A stretch of DNA of 36,433 nt, the filler included, from Aplysia californica (lineage: Eukaryota): the NCBI RefSeq assembly GCF_000002075.1. It is 3 parts of 3 records of this genome, joined end to end, with 100 filler letters (N's around TTAATTAATTAA, not from the genome) between each part and the next. Parts side by side here need not be neighbours in the genome. Positions count along the whole stretch, not along the records: positions 31,613 to 36,433 come from NW_004797394.1; 2 more parts are not named here. The stretch is one strand, 5' to 3'. A model generated the notes under the pieces. The model saw only the letters and a program-made list of their open reading frames with translations. It did not search any database and was not told where the DNA came from. Of the stretch, positions 34,566 to 36,433 are shown one piece after another. The position numbers were made by a program, and so were the translations under genes. Numbering within the stretch: position 1 is the first letter of the stretch; every line of letters begins with the position of its first letter.

Positions 34566-35420
34566 GCGCCAGATGGCCCCCAGGCTTGTCAAGGATTCAA
34601 AAATTAAGTTTCAAAAGTTTAAAAAAAGGGAGACAAAGACAGGGTGTTATAACTGCAGCAAATGGAAGTAAATGTGCTATTATTAGGGGCATCGCATTTA
34701 GATTTATATAAATATTTATTTCACAATGACCCCTGACAATCTCCTCTTGGTATTTCATGAACGTGGAATGAGCAGCTGCTAGAAATATAAGAACTCACAC
34801 TTCGTTTGGACAGTGANNNNNNNNNNNNNNNNNNNNNNNNNNNNNNNNNNNNNNNNNNNNNNNNNNNNNNNNNNNNNNNNNNNNNNNNNNNNNNNNNNNN
34901 NNNNNNNNNNNNNNNNNNNNNNNNNNNNNNNNNNNNNNNNNNNNNNNNNNNNNNNNNNNNNTTGTTTTCTCTTCTTTCATTCTTTTTATTCTTTCAGACT
35001 TTTCGGGGGGTTGCTCTCCTTCTCGTTTGCCTCTCTTGTTACATTGGCAGCATCTAAATAAAGATTCAAGAGTAATAAATCCATATCATATCCTTTGTGA
35101 ACAGATACTTCATACAAAATATAGTCTCATCTATACAAAATATAACAGATAATATACTCTATGTTGTGCTTTGGAACAAGCCCTCTAAATTTATTAGTGG
35201 GTCGTTACTTGGGAAGGTGTTTTCTTAGTACACGTGGAAGCACACTACTCCTTTACCACTGGCGCCAGTTAGTAGGGCTTTGACAATGTTACCCCTCCCC
35301 CCNNNNNNNNNNNNNNNNNNNNNNNNNNNNNNNNNNNNNNNNNNNNNNNNNNNNNNNNNNNNNNNNNNNNNNNNNNNNNNNNNNNNNNNNNNNNNNNNNN
35401 NNCCCCCCCCCACACACACA

Positions 35421-35470
<50 letters not shown>

Positions 35471-36433
35471 CACACAAACATACACACACACACATACACA
35501 GTGTAAAAAACACACAGAACCCTAATTTCTGTTTACATTTTGATGTTGGAAGGAATGACGAATCTGGGCATGAGGGAAAAGGGAGGAGGAGGGAGGGGGA
35601 GGAGGAGAATCAGATTTGGAAGATTTGGAAAAGGGTAGAGAGAGATGGAACGCAGACACGGGAGTATAAGGATCAACTGGATTAAAGCGGACTGAATATT
35701 TTGTGTCAGAGTAGAGTTCTTTTGATCAGAGTCCGTCAGTATTTTAACTACTATTCAAAACTTCCCAGTATGTAAAAGGGCAGGCCTTTTTATCCTGGAC
35801 TATCCACGGCATAGAGGAGGCTGGAAATTGTGCGCTGCATATCTCACAAAAAACTGTAACTAGGTTTGAGTTATTTTACCCCCCCCCCCTTCCACCCCCT
35901 CCTCCCTAACCCTGCCCTTTCACTTTCAAGACCTGAATGGCTGTCACCTATACAAGTTCTGCAAAACTGAAAAAAGTGTGTCCCCTACTTTGAAACTAAT
36001 GTGAGTAACGCCCGTCTCAAATGATTAATTCATTTCAAAATAAAGTAATTATTGCCCTTTTCAGTGTTCAGCCACTAGTGTTTCTGGTGTAGCGCGAAGG
36101 TATCCAGCCTTCTCTCGCAAAAGACGTGAGCTCTATTCCCCTATTTGAAGGCGTTAATTTTGTTGTTGTTTTGAGTATCTACTTCGGTCTCTTTGGGAAT
36201 TGTATCCCTTTCAGCTCCAGCTGGACCTGACAGGCAGGGTTCGAAAGGTCAAGGCAGCCTGCCTTCTCAGACATTTAATATTTTGTCAAAGGGGATGTAC
36301 AATCTTCTGCAACCACAATAAAAAAAAAACCTCAACAACTTTTAAGTCGAAAAAATAATTAACAGTCCTTGTTGCATTGAGAGAGACAAAGAATGGTTTG
36401 ACAAACAAGTCTTTTCAAGTGCCCCTCTAAGGG

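Noticed and set aside
36064-36250. Small candidate exons after TTTCAG acceptors
   Set aside because: Weak donors and no recognisable protein; not supportable without transcripts.

Overview
This is metazoan (probably marine invertebrate) nuclear DNA from a gapped draft assembly: AT-rich, full of microsatellites, tRNA-derived SINEs and DNA-transposon relics. Two identical 100-bp N44-TTAATTAATTAA-N44 spacers (5816-5915, 31513-31612) look like artificial joins, so the window is probably three blocks whose adjacency is not proven. Block 1 holds two coding exons of an SLC5 sodium:solute symporter (SMCT/NIS/SMVT type, + strand); the exon between them is probably hidden in an N gap and the gene is cut at the join. 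Block 2 holds a decayed Tc1/mariner element with long TIRs, several MITEs (one clean PIF/Harbinger type, one hAT type with an 8-bp TSD), at least three SINE families, and an intact ORF on the - strand (19204-19719) for a single-pass membrane protein I cannot assign to a family. It also has an ~85-nt hairpin and a diverged ~235-bp tandem array of about 12 units. Block 3 starts with a CCAAT plus double RFX X-box promoter signature and a candidate first exon. There is no prokaryotic system, CRISPR array, rRNA or true tRNA. Nearly all ORFs in the supplied track are N-gap or microsatellite artefacts. The best novelty candidates are the unassigned membrane protein, the X-box gene, a SINE 3' stem-loop with compensatory changes, and the hairpin.
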